From Ferroacidibacillus organovorans (GTDB taxonomy: Bacteria; Bacillota; Bacilli; Alicyclobacillales; SLC66), in NCBI RefSeq assembly GCF_001642725.1, contig NZ_LSUQ01000005.1:62001-118532 (forward strand): a DNA stretch of 56,532 bases, given 5' to 3'. A model generated the notes under the pieces. The model was not told where the DNA came from. It ran no database searches and worked only from the letters and a program-made list of their open reading frames with translations. The stretch's first letter is position 1; each line of letters opens with the position of its first letter. This document shows positions 29,870 to 38,576 of the stretch, one piece after another. Position numbers and translations under genes: made by a program.

Positions 29870-30043
29870 TTAGATATAGCCGCGTGAAAAGCCGATGACG
29901 ACGAGAACAAGCATGATGAGAATGTAAACTCGCAGCCCCCAAAATACGCTGCTCACCCACCCTTTTACCTGTGCGCGCTCGAGCGGCGGAAGTTGCTCCA
30001 GATCGTTTTCTGGATAAAATGTCTCAAATGTTTTTTCACGCAT
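29870..30043 (-). CDS. 57-aa single-TM protein downstream of Mg transporter (not in ORF track)
   Basis: GGGAGGT RBS; MREKTFETFYPENDLEQLPPLERAQVKGWVSSVFWGLRVYILIMLVLVVIGFSRGYI*. Confidence 0.78.
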   Translation of the reverse strand: MREKTFETFYPENDLEQLPPLERAQVKGWVSSVFWGLRVYILIMLVLVVIGFSRGYI

Positions 30044-30073
30044 GGTACATACCTCCCGATTGCGATTTGGATT

Positions 30074-31420
30074 TTAGAAGAGTTTTGGCATGACGACCGA
30101 TAGTCCGTACACAGCGTTCAATCCAACCAAAAGTGCCACAATCACGACGGCCGAAACGTTTTGCCACTTGCGGTTGACGTGAGCCCCCATAATGTGTCGA
30201 TCGTTCAGCAGGAGCACTAAGAAGAGCAGCGCGGCTGGCATAAAGATCGACGCGATCACCTGCACTGTCAGGTTGAGAAAACCGAGCGGCGCATTCGGAA
30301 TCAAAACGATGCTTGCGGCAAGAACTGCGCTGAGGATGCCCGGCAAATAAAACTTCCACGCGCGCCGCGCCGGCATGTTGATGCTTTTTGGCCAGTGAAA
30401 CGCTTCGCCCATCGCCCACGATGTGCTTGCCGTCAGCGCGATCATCGAGATGGTGCCCGCTTCGACCATTCCCAGTGCAAAGAGGGTTTCTCCCGTATTC
30501 CCCAAACGCTGTCCGATCACAGTGAGAATTTGTTGGATGCTCAGATTGGAAGCACCGTTCATTCCGTGGACAACCGTTCCTGTCAGGATTACGAGCGCGA
30601 GTGCAACGGCGACCATGGCGACGGTTCCTACTGCAGTATCCATCTGGCCGTGGCGGATATCCTTCACGGTCAATCCCTTGTCGACGACCGCTGACTGTTG
30701 GAAAAACAGCATCCACGGAGCAATCGTCGTTCCGAAGTTTGCGAGGATGATAAAAACGAACGCCGGCGTGAAGCCGCCAGGAACCTGCCAGTGGGCAAAC
30801 GCGTCGGCGACCACCGACCAGTGTGGGTGCGCCATGAACGCCAGTGGAATAAAAATGAGGTTGCCTGCCGCGATCCAGAGCGAGACGCGCTCCCAAGTGT
30901 AGTAGCGCAGTACAAGCAGCACCACGGCGTCAAGCGAAATGGCAAGCAGGGCGCTCAGCCAGTGCGGTACGCCAAACACGGAGAGTCCGAGCGTAATGCC
31001 GATAAATTCAGTAATCAGCGTGAGAATGTTGGCAAGGACAAGATCGACGAGTGAGAACCAACCCCAGAAAGCGCCGTAGCGTCCCCAGATCAGTTCAGCG
31101 TGACCGCGGCGTGTCACTGCGCCGAGGCGAACGGTCATCTCTTGCACGATGTACGCGATGATGCCTGACAGAATGAGTGCGGGGATGAAGAATCCGATGC
31201 CGTAGGTTGCGCCGGTTTGGGAATAGGTGATCACACCGCCGGCGTCGTTGTCTGCGATCATCACGAGGACGCCGGGGCCAATCAAGACGTAACCAAGTAA
31301 AATTCTTGAGAGCCATCCACGTTTTTGGCGGAGTGTGTCAATTCGAGCTTGGTCTTTCGCGCGGATCGCTGCATCTTCGGAGTCAATGGAACGTACGTAA
31401 ACAGCTTGTTGTTGGATCAT
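30074..31420 (-). CDS. NRAMP-related divalent cation (probably Mg2+) transporter
   Basis: GPG..MIADNDAGG.TYSQ.GA, QEMTVRLG, GTTIAPW motifs (not the canonical DPGN); AAAGGAGG RBS before ATG 31420; M-box upstream. Confidence 0.92.
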   Translation of the reverse strand: MIQQQAVYVRSIDSEDAAIRAKDQARIDTLRQKRGWLSRILLGYVLIGPGVLVMIADNDAGGVITYSQTGATYGIGFFIPALILSGIIAYIVQEMTVRLGAVTRRGHAELIWGRYGAFWGWFSLVDLVLANILTLITEFIGITLGLSVFGVPHWLSALLAISLDAVVLLVLRYYTWERVSLWIAAGNLIFIPLAFMAHPHWSVVADAFAHWQVPGGFTPAFVFIILANFGTTIAPWMLFFQQSAVVDKGLTVKDIRHGQMDTAVGTVAMVAVALALVILTGTVVHGMNGASNLSIQQILTVIGQRLGNTGETLFALGMVEAGTISMIALTASTSWAMGEAFHWPKSINMPARRAWKFYLPGILSAVLAASIVLIPNAPLGFLNLTVQVIASIFMPAALLFLVLLLNDRHIMGAHVNRKWQNVSAVVIVALLVGLNAVYGLSVVMPKLF

Positions 31421-31442
31421 GGCAGAGATCCTCCTTTCTGGG

Positions 31443-31529
31443 TTAACGGGCATGGCAAAACGATGCAAAGCATTGTTGCTGAATTTGAAGCTGATTTTGT
31501 AAATCGCCTATACTAGGACCGCTTTCCAT
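31443..31529 (-). CDS. 28-aa ORF between M-box terminator and transporter (not in ORF track)
   Basis: GGGAGGTGA RBS; MESGPSIGDLQNQLQIQQQCFASFCHAR*; stop just before the transporter RBS. Confidence 0.5.
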   Translation of the reverse strand: MESGPSIGDLQNQLQIQQQCFASFCHAR

Positions 31530-31569
31530 GCCCATCACCTCCCAGAAAGAGTGTTCCCTACGGATACTC

Positions 31570-31610
31570 AAAGAAAATCCCCCTGTAGAATGAACAGGGG
31601 GATTTTCTTA
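31570..31610 (-). terminator. Riboswitch-controlled intrinsic terminator
   Basis: AAGAAAATCCCCCTG...CAGGGGGATTTTCTTT hairpin immediately downstream of the M-box aptamer. Confidence 0.85.
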
Positions 31611-31627
31611 CACGGGAATATACCGCG

Positions 31628-31787
31628 CATCCCCCTTGTTGAGCTTTAGCACTATGCGTCGTAGAGTTTTCACTCAGCCACATTAAGTAAAGCCTTAGTC
31701 CGGCAATACCTGTTCAACCCATTGGCGTCTCTCGACGTTTCCGGGCAGTGGCGTGTTTCCGCATAGAAGCCTCGCCTAACGAGGATT
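31628..31787 (-). ncRNA. M-box (ykoK) Mg2+ riboswitch
   Basis: Minus strand CTCGTTAGGCGAGGCTTCT...GCCACTGCCCGGAAACGTCGAGAGACGCCAATGGGTTGAACAGG...TAAGGC...GTGCTAAAGCTCAAC matches the ykoK consensus; upstream of a Mg transporter. Confidence 0.95.
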
Positions 31788-31801
31788 CGACTCTCAATTG
31801 T

Positions 31802-31830
31802 AGCGTATCGAATGTATTGTGGTTCGTAAA
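31802..31830 (-). promoter_or_regulatory. Putative sigma-A promoter for M-box leader
   Basis: TTTACG-17 nt-TACGCT just upstream of the aptamer. Confidence 0.6.
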
Positions 31831-31925
31831 CTCTTTGTATTCATACCATGCATAAACGCACTCGTCAATCCTTTTTTGCCCTACTGCGTGTTAAGGAATT
31901 GTGAATATAGAGATGCGTGACGCTT

Positions 31926-33095
31926 TCACGAAGAAGTTCGCGGATAAGGCTTCGTTTCATAGATGCGCAGCGTGATAAAACTCGCGAGCGCACCGAGTAG
32001 GCTGATGAGAGAGATCGCGACAAATCCTCCGCGGAGCCCGCTTGTGCGGCTGATGAGCCCGACGAGAACAGGTCCGCCGAACATGCCAATCGAGTAGACA
32101 GCTTGAAAGAAGCCCATCGCCGTTGCGCGGAGATCTTCGCGTACGTGGCGGATGGATAGCCCCATCAATTGAGGCATGCAGATGCCCTGGCCAAGTCCGT
32201 TAAACGCTTGTGTGATAAACAGCCAAATCATGGAGGTCGAATACGGAATTGCAAGCGTTGCGACTGCCGAGAGAAGAAATCCAAACGTCACGAGTTTGCG
32301 CGGCCCAAAGCGCTGCATAAACGGGCGGCTGCTCAGATAGCCGGCGAGCGCGTTTGGAAGCGTTGACAGCACCGTGAGCTCGCCGAGTTGGGCGTGGGTT
32401 GCATGTAGGTGAGCCGCCTTTATGGGCGTAAACCCAAACAGGGTGGTAAACGTGACGGCCTGTGCCAGCGCAGCGAGCAACGATGCGCGTAGCGTGCGTG
32501 GATCGGCGGCCATGCGCAAGAGGGAAGGGGGCTTTTCCGTCGCGCGTTTTGGCGTTTCTTGAAGCCAGAGCGCGATGAAGAGTCCGATGACCCCGCCGCA
32601 CGCGGCGATGACAAAAACGAAATGGATGCCGAATTGACCTGCGAGAATGCCGCCGAGCAGCATCGCGATCATTTGTCCTAGGCTCGCGTAATAGCTGAGC
32701 AGACTCATGGCGCGCGGCGCCTCGTCGGACGAGAAGAAGCGTGCGAACATGACAGTGTATGCGACCCACGCGCCAGCTGCCACACCGGCAAGGCTGCGCC
32801 AGAGCAGGGCGAGTGCGGGTGCTGGAAAGAGGGCGAAACCAGCGCTTGACAGTGTGCCAACGAGCAAACCGGCGATGACGTATGGTTTGCGGCGACCCGT
32901 TCGATCGGCGGCGATGCCAATCGGAATGCGCACGATCATCTGGGTGAGGCCATAGCTGCCGAGCACGAGGCCGACCGCCGTGAGACTGAGGCCCATCTGA
33001 TTTAAGTAGGGTGGAAAAATGGGGACATAGGTATAGACGCTGAACCAGTAGAACATGGTGACAATCGGGAGCAGAATCGGGTTGAGGCGCTGCAT
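31926..33095 (-). CDS. MFS transporter
   Basis: About 12 TM segments, GIAADRTGRRK motif A, AMGFFQAVYSIGMFGGP. Confidence 0.92.
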   Translation of the reverse strand: MQRLNPILLPIVTMFYWFSVYTYVPIFPPYLNQMGLSLTAVGLVLGSYGLTQMIVRIPIGIAADRTGRRKPYVIAGLLVGTLSSAGFALFPAPALALLWRSLAGVAAGAWVAYTVMFARFFSSDEAPRAMSLLSYYASLGQMIAMLLGGILAGQFGIHFVFVIAACGGVIGLFIALWLQETPKRATEKPPSLLRMAADPRTLRASLLAALAQAVTFTTLFGFTPIKAAHLHATHAQLGELTVLSTLPNALAGYLSSRPFMQRFGPRKLVTFGFLLSAVATLAIPYSTSMIWLFITQAFNGLGQGICMPQLMGLSIRHVREDLRATAMGFFQAVYSIGMFGGPVLVGLISRTSGLRGGFVAISLISLLGALASFITLRIYETKPYPRTSS

Positions 33096-33216
33096 GGTTC
33101 GCTCCTCTCGGTTAGGCATTGCGATTCACCCATCGTACACAATATCTTCGAAATGAGAAAGGCTCATGGTATGATCTAACGAGATTATTTGAACATTCAT
33201 TAAAGGGGTTGTCGCA

Positions 33217-34293
33217 ATGGAAAAATTAGAACTGAACCTCTTTAAACTGCTCAGTCTCTCAGGGCCGTGTGGGTTTGAACATGAAGTGGCGCGCGCGATT
33301 TATGAACACGCAACGTTGTTTGCGGACGAGTGTCGCATCGATGGGCTAGGCAACGTGTGGGTGGGTGTCAGGGGCGCAAAGGATGGCCCGACACTGCTCG
33401 TCGCTGCACACATGGATGAAGTAGGGTTCATGGTCAAGACGATTGATGCGAATGGATTTTTGCGACTTGAACAGTTGGGCGGGCACGATCCGCGTACGGT
33501 GCTCGGCCAGGATGTGGTCGTGCTGACCGAACATGGACAAGTTCCTGGCGTTGTCGGGACGTTGTCTGTCCATTTTTTGCGCTATGACGATCCAGCGCGG
33601 GCGCCTAAGTTTCACGAGCTTTATGTGGATTGCGGCGCGACATCGCGCGAGCACGCGCACGCGATGGGAATTCGCGTCGGTCAGGCGGTGGCGTATGAAC
33701 CGTCTGTGAGGCGCATTGGGGAGACGCGCATCGCCTCTAAATCCCTTGACGATCGCGCCGGGTGCGCGGTCTTGCTCACAGCGCTTGAAACGATTGACCG
33801 CGCGCAACTGCACGGCACGGTGTGGGGGTTGTTCTCCGTGCAAGAAGAGGTAGGGCTGCGCGGCGCCAAAGCGGCGGCGGCGGCGCTTCGCGCAGATGTG
33901 GCGCTCGCTGTCGACACGACGGCCGTTTCGGATACGCCCTATCCACACGCGCCAGTGGATCACGGTCTCGCGTTAGGGCAGGGTGCCGCGATTAAAGCGA
34001 TGGATTTCAGTCTCATCGGAAGCCTGAGCGTTCGCCGTTTGCTCGAGCGGGTTGCGCGGGAGCGCGCGATTCCTGTGCAGACTGAAGTGTTTGCGGGCAT
34101 TGGAACCGACGCGGGCGCACTTCACATGGAGGGCGGGGCGGTTCCCTCTGGCGTCATCTCCATCCCGTCGCGTTACACGCATTCTCCGATTGAGATGATC
34201 GATTTGAACGATCTGAACGGATGTTATCGATTGTTGCGCGGATTCATGGAAACCATGAGTTCGGTTGAGGAATTTTCGTTTTTGCATACGTGA
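33217..34293 (+). CDS. M42 family metallopeptidase
   Basis: AAHMDEVG, SKSLDDRAG, VQEEVGLRGA, GTDAG, RYTHSP motifs. Confidence 0.95.
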   Translation: MEKLELNLFKLLSLSGPCGFEHEVARAIYEHATLFADECRIDGLGNVWVGVRGAKDGPTLLVAAHMDEVGFMVKTIDANGFLRLEQLGGHDPRTVLGQDVVVLTEHGQVPGVVGTLSVHFLRYDDPARAPKFHELYVDCGATSREHAHAMGIRVGQAVAYEPSVRRIGETRIASKSLDDRAGCAVLLTALETIDRAQLHGTVWGLFSVQEEVGLRGAKAAAAALRADVALAVDTTAVSDTPYPHAPVDHGLALGQGAAIKAMDFSLIGSLSVRRLLERVARERAIPVQTEVFAGIGTDAGALHMEGGAVPSGVISIPSRYTHSPIEMIDLNDLNGCYRLLRGFMETMSSVEEFSFLHT

Positions 34294-35546
34294 GTCGGGA
34301 TGTGCAGAGAGGAAGTGTGCCGATGTGCGAACAGACAGGGGACGAGCTTCGCGGCATCGCGCGGCGCATCGCACAAGCGGGTGGACGGATGTATCGCGTT
34401 GGCGGCGGGGTGCGCGACGCGTACCTCGGATTGCCTGCAAAAGACGAGGATTTCTGCATCGTCGGATTCGATGATGAGCTGATTTCGCGCGTGCTTCCGG
34501 AAGCGTTTGCGGTGGGCAAATCGTTTCCCGTCTATCGGCTGCGCAGCGGCGGCAGGGTCTATGAATTGGCATTAGCGCGACGCGAGCGTAAAGCGGGAAG
34601 CGGGCATCGCGGCTTTGCCGTAGAGTTCGGGCAAGAAGTGACACTGACGGAAGATCTGGTGCGCCGGGATCTCACGGTGAATGCGATGGCAATCGATGTG
34701 TTGACGGATGAACACTACGATCCGTATGGTGGACTCGACGATCTCAAGCGGCGCGTTTTGCGCGCTGTATCGGATGCGTTTGCTGAGGATCCACTACGTG
34801 TATACCGCACGGCGCGCTTTGCGGCGCAACTTTCTTTTTCTGTTGAGCCGCGCACGAGCGCGATGATGCAGAGGCTCACGGGTGAGCTTGAGACGCTGAG
34901 TGTCGAGCGGGTGTTTGACGAGTTTCGTAAGGCCTTGCGCACAGCTCAGCCGCTGCGGTTTTTTCAGGCGCTGCGCGACGCGTCTGCGCTATTCCCGCAC
35001 TTCGGGGCGTTTGGCGAGGAAGAGACGTTTCAGCGCCTCAAAAATCTGTTGGCGGCGGACGCGACCGCGACGAAGGCGCTTCAAGAACCGCTTTCTGACG
35101 AGGCGATCTTTGCGATGGTCTTGCTGAGCCTCGCACGTGACGAGGATGCGCACGCCTTCTGCCAACGAATGCGTGTGCCAGAATTGTGGAAGACCGCAGC
35201 CACCCTTTTACGGCAACCACTTTTTGAAGAGAATCTCTCTTTGCATCAGCGCGCGGAGCGTGTAGTGCAACGCATTCGCAAGCTTGAGCGATGTGGCCTG
35301 ACGATACGCGAATACGCGCACATCCGCGCAGTCGCCGAAGGAATCGCGCAAGGATGGACGGCGTATGCGTGGCTACTCGATGTGGCAGAAGGGTTGCGCG
35401 CGATTCGCGGGGAGGATGTCATGCGTGAAAACCCGGCGCTTTCAGGCCCGGCCGTGGGCAGGGGGATTGGGCAGCGGCGGGTAGCCTACGCAATGAACGT
35501 TATGGGAATACGCTATGGGCGCGACGGATCAGTCGACGTTTTATGA
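34290..35546 (+). CDS. cca: Class II tRNA nucleotidyltransferase (CCA- or A-adding)
   Basis: VGGGVRD..DED, EDLVRRDLTVNAMA, FAEDPLRVYRTARF motifs; start may be ATG 34323. Confidence 0.85.
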   Translation: MSRDVQRGSVPMCEQTGDELRGIARRIAQAGGRMYRVGGGVRDAYLGLPAKDEDFCIVGFDDELISRVLPEAFAVGKSFPVYRLRSGGRVYELALARRERKAGSGHRGFAVEFGQEVTLTEDLVRRDLTVNAMAIDVLTDEHYDPYGGLDDLKRRVLRAVSDAFAEDPLRVYRTARFAAQLSFSVEPRTSAMMQRLTGELETLSVERVFDEFRKALRTAQPLRFFQALRDASALFPHFGAFGEEETFQRLKNLLAADATATKALQEPLSDEAIFAMVLLSLARDEDAHAFCQRMRVPELWKTAATLLRQPLFEENLSLHQRAERVVQRIRKLERCGLTIREYAHIRAVAEGIAQGWTAYAWLLDVAEGLRAIRGEDVMRENPALSGPAVGRGIGQRRVAYAMNVMGIRYGRDGSVDVL

Positions 35547-35663
35547 ACGCTTACGGAGATGGACGAATGCACCGTTCCTTTTTAAAGCTTTCTTCAAGTC
35601 GGGGTTTGTTCATACTTCGATTCGCCCTTTTTCGCTATGATAGGTGTATCGTAGAATTGAGGG

Positions 35664-37334
35664 ATGGCATCTATGGTTAATGTTTCACTCTATCGCATTG
35701 TTGCCATCGTCTGGATGTCCGTGTCGTTCTTTCTCCAAATCTGGTGGTTTCAGAAGCGCCATCGACAACCGTGGTCTGCAGAGACGTCCGCTCATTTCGA
35801 GAGATTGATCGTCAAACAGGCGGCGACGTACCGGGAGACCGCGATTCGCTTGCAGGGGTTGCTGATTAAATTCGGACAGTTTTTGAGTACGCGAGCAGAC
35901 CTGCTCCCAGACGTATTTCTGCGTGAATTGTCCACACTTGTCGACCAAGTTCCGACGGTGCCGTGGGAACAGGTTCGCCCGCTGCTTGACGCGGCGTGGG
36001 GTGGAGCCTACGGGGAAGTTCTTGAACGCATCAGCGCGGCGCCTGTCGCATCCGCTTCGATTGGCGTGGTGTATAAAGGCTATCTGCACAGCGGTGAAGC
36101 GGTTGCCGTGAAGGTTCGGCGTCCGGGGATTGAACGGATCATTCGCGCGGATTTTCAGGCGTTGCGCATCGTGACGTTTCTGACGAAACGGTTTACAAAG
36201 CTCGGCAAAATGGCCGATTTGCCCGCGCTTTATCAGCAAGTGGTCAGCATTATCGGCGATGAGATGGATTTTCAGAAAGAGCTTGCAAATGGGGAGTATT
36301 TTGCGACGCGCTTTCACGATTTTGAAGGCATCGAGATCCCCACGTATTATGCGCGATACTCGACGCGCTCCGTGCTTGTCATGTCTTGGATGGAGTCGGC
36401 AAGGGTGACGGACCTCGTTTTTATCGAGGAGCACGGGCTCGATCGGCACGTCATTGCTGAGCGGCTCGTTCGCAGCTTTGCCATCCAGTTGTTTCAGGGT
36501 GGACGTTTCCACGCCGATCCGCACCCTGGTAACATTTTGCTGCGCGAAGACGGCACAATCGTTCTGATTGATTTTGGCATGATCGGAACCATTCGCGATG
36601 AGGACGCGCGCGCCATTCGCGTGTTTGTCGAGGCGTTGATTTTTGGAAACGCGGATCAGATTGTCGAATCCCTCGAACGCTTGCGTTTTTTATTGCCGCA
36701 TGCAGATAAGGCGGCGCTGCGCGATGTGGTGATGACGCTGTTTCGCGCGTATACTTCAAAAAACACACCGCTATTTGATGACGTTGCATTTGAACGGGTT
36801 TTAATCGATGTACAGAATACAATCAAAAAGCAACCGATCCAACTGCCGAGCGAGTTTGCCTTTTTGGGGCGCACACTCTCGACGCTGGTAGGCGTCTTGC
36901 ACATTCTTGATCCTGGCATCGACCTGGTGGCAGTTGCGCGACCGGTGGTGACGGATTGGCTGAATGCGCAAGGCGACGCGAAGAAGGAGCAGGAAGACGG
37001 CCTGAATTGGCTGAAGATGGTTCGCGATTGGGCGTCTCCACTCGTGCAACTGCCGGTGCTCTTGACCGATTCGCTGCGCGCAGTTGAACGGAATCGCGAA
37101 GCAGACAGGCGTCAGCACTATGAGCGCTTGACACAGCAGGCGTATTTGCGCAATCACCTCTTTTCCTTCATCGTGTTTGCTTTGACTGGTGTCGGCGCCT
37201 ACCTCGCGTGGGATTTGAAGCAGTGGAGCCTTTTTGACGGCACTGGATTGATTTGCGTGATCTCACTTGTGATCATGTGGCAGATTCGACGAAAGCATCA
37301 CCGCTTTTTACAGCGACTGAGAAAGGGGATTTGA
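35664..37334 (+). CDS. ABC1/AarF/UbiB family atypical kinase
   Basis: IKFGQFLSTR, ASASIGVVY, VAVKV, FHADPHPGN, IDFG motifs; C-terminal TM pair. Confidence 0.95.
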   Translation: MASMVNVSLYRIVAIVWMSVSFFLQIWWFQKRHRQPWSAETSAHFERLIVKQAATYRETAIRLQGLLIKFGQFLSTRADLLPDVFLRELSTLVDQVPTVPWEQVRPLLDAAWGGAYGEVLERISAAPVASASIGVVYKGYLHSGEAVAVKVRRPGIERIIRADFQALRIVTFLTKRFTKLGKMADLPALYQQVVSIIGDEMDFQKELANGEYFATRFHDFEGIEIPTYYARYSTRSVLVMSWMESARVTDLVFIEEHGLDRHVIAERLVRSFAIQLFQGGRFHADPHPGNILLREDGTIVLIDFGMIGTIRDEDARAIRVFVEALIFGNADQIVESLERLRFLLPHADKAALRDVVMTLFRAYTSKNTPLFDDVAFERVLIDVQNTIKKQPIQLPSEFAFLGRTLSTLVGVLHILDPGIDLVAVARPVVTDWLNAQGDAKKEQEDGLNWLKMVRDWASPLVQLPVLLTDSLRAVERNREADRRQHYERLTQQAYLRNHLFSFIVFALTGVGAYLAWDLKQWSLFDGTGLICVISLVIMWQIRRKHHRFLQRLRKGI

Positions 37335-37600
37335 TGATGTCTGACAAACGGGAAAAAGTAATGCGGGAAGCGGATGGATCGTGCGGTCCTTTTGATTTTC
37401 GGGTAGAAGGGTTTGAAGATGGGTATCGTCTCACGTTTCACGGTGATCGCGAGCGCATTCGAGACGGTCGCCGCGTGTCGGGCGCATTTCTCAACTTTTT
37501 GCAGCAAGCTGATCGTGTAGGGCTGCGCCTGCCGTTTCCGTTTCGCATGTTGTTGCGATTTTGGAAGAGATACAACCGACGTCCTCACGATGACGATTGA
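37334..37600 (+). CDS. Hypothetical small protein coupled to UbiB-like kinase
   Basis: AAAGGGG RBS, ATG overlapping the kinase stop; 88 aa. Confidence 0.55.
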   Translation: MMSDKREKVMREADGSCGPFDFRVEGFEDGYRLTFHGDRERIRDGRRVSGAFLNFLQQADRVGLRLPFPFRMLLRFWKRYNRRPHDDD

Positions 37601-37668
37601 GCGCGCAATGCGTAGAATAGCATGAATTTCGTGTGCCACGCCACGCCATCACGCGTTAGGAGGATGAC

Positions 37669-38490
37669 ATGACCAAACTCTTTTTTGCGTCGGACATCGA
37701 CGGAACGCTTCTGACGACAGACGGACGCTTGACGGAACGCACCTTGAAAATCCTTTCGCAAACGCGCGAAAGGGGTCACTATGTCACACTGGCGACTGGA
37801 CGTTCTCTTCAAGCGACATTGCCGATTGCAAAGCAGGTTGGGGTCAATGCACACGTGATCACGCTAAACGGCGCACAGGTGGTCGACGGGACAGGTCGCA
37901 CCGTCATGCAGCAGGCACTCTTTGAAGAGCCGCTAAAAGAACTGTGTGCACTGTTAGAGGCGCGGCGCTACCCGTACTGCCTGATGACGGCCGACTGGTT
38001 TGTGGTGAGTGAAAAGGCGCTCTCAGCGCATTCGAATCCTGCCTTCGCAAAGCGCAAAGACGTGACATCTCGCCCTGTTCTCGCGAATTTTTTATTGGAT
38101 GCGCCACAGCCCGTGCTGAAATTGTCGCTGCGCTGTCCTGATCAGGCAGCGTTTGATTCCCTTCTTCAAATGCTTGTGGAGACGGATGCGTATGAAATTA
38201 GTTGTGGTGAACTGTTTTCCATCAATCTCACAGCAAAAGGGGTTACCAAATGGACGGGAATTGAGTATGTCATCAAGGAACTCTCCGTTGCGCCAAGCCA
38301 TGTGGTTGCTTTCGGAAATGGCGACAATGATCTTGAGATGTTACGCCGCGCTGGGCGAGGATACGCGGTGGCGAATGCAGAAGAGCGTGTTTTGCGCGCA
38401 TATGATTGCTTTATCGGCACGAATGATGAGGATGGGGTGGCCATAGAGATGGAGCGGATTGTCGAAAACCTATCGGGGCAAACCGCGTGA
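37669..38490 (+). CDS. Cof-type HAD-IIB hydrolase
   Basis: ASDIDGTLL, LATGR, LNGA, K..GI, FGNGDNDLEM motifs. Confidence 0.94.
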   Translation: MTKLFFASDIDGTLLTTDGRLTERTLKILSQTRERGHYVTLATGRSLQATLPIAKQVGVNAHVITLNGAQVVDGTGRTVMQQALFEEPLKELCALLEARRYPYCLMTADWFVVSEKALSAHSNPAFAKRKDVTSRPVLANFLLDAPQPVLKLSLRCPDQAAFDSLLQMLVETDAYEISCGELFSINLTAKGVTKWTGIEYVIKELSVAPSHVVAFGNGDNDLEMLRRAGRGYAVANAEERVLRAYDCFIGTNDEDGVAIEMERIVENLSGQTA

Positions 38491-38576
38491 AAATGGACAA
38501 AAATGTTCCGAAAACCGTAGCGTTTTGTTTTGGGAAAGATTAGCATAGGAAGGTGAACAATAAAGGAGGGGTTTTA

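Noticed and set aside
30036..30896. 286-aa alternative-frame ORF inside the Mg transporter
   Set aside because: Arg-rich off-frame translation typical of GC-rich coding DNA; no RBS or family motif
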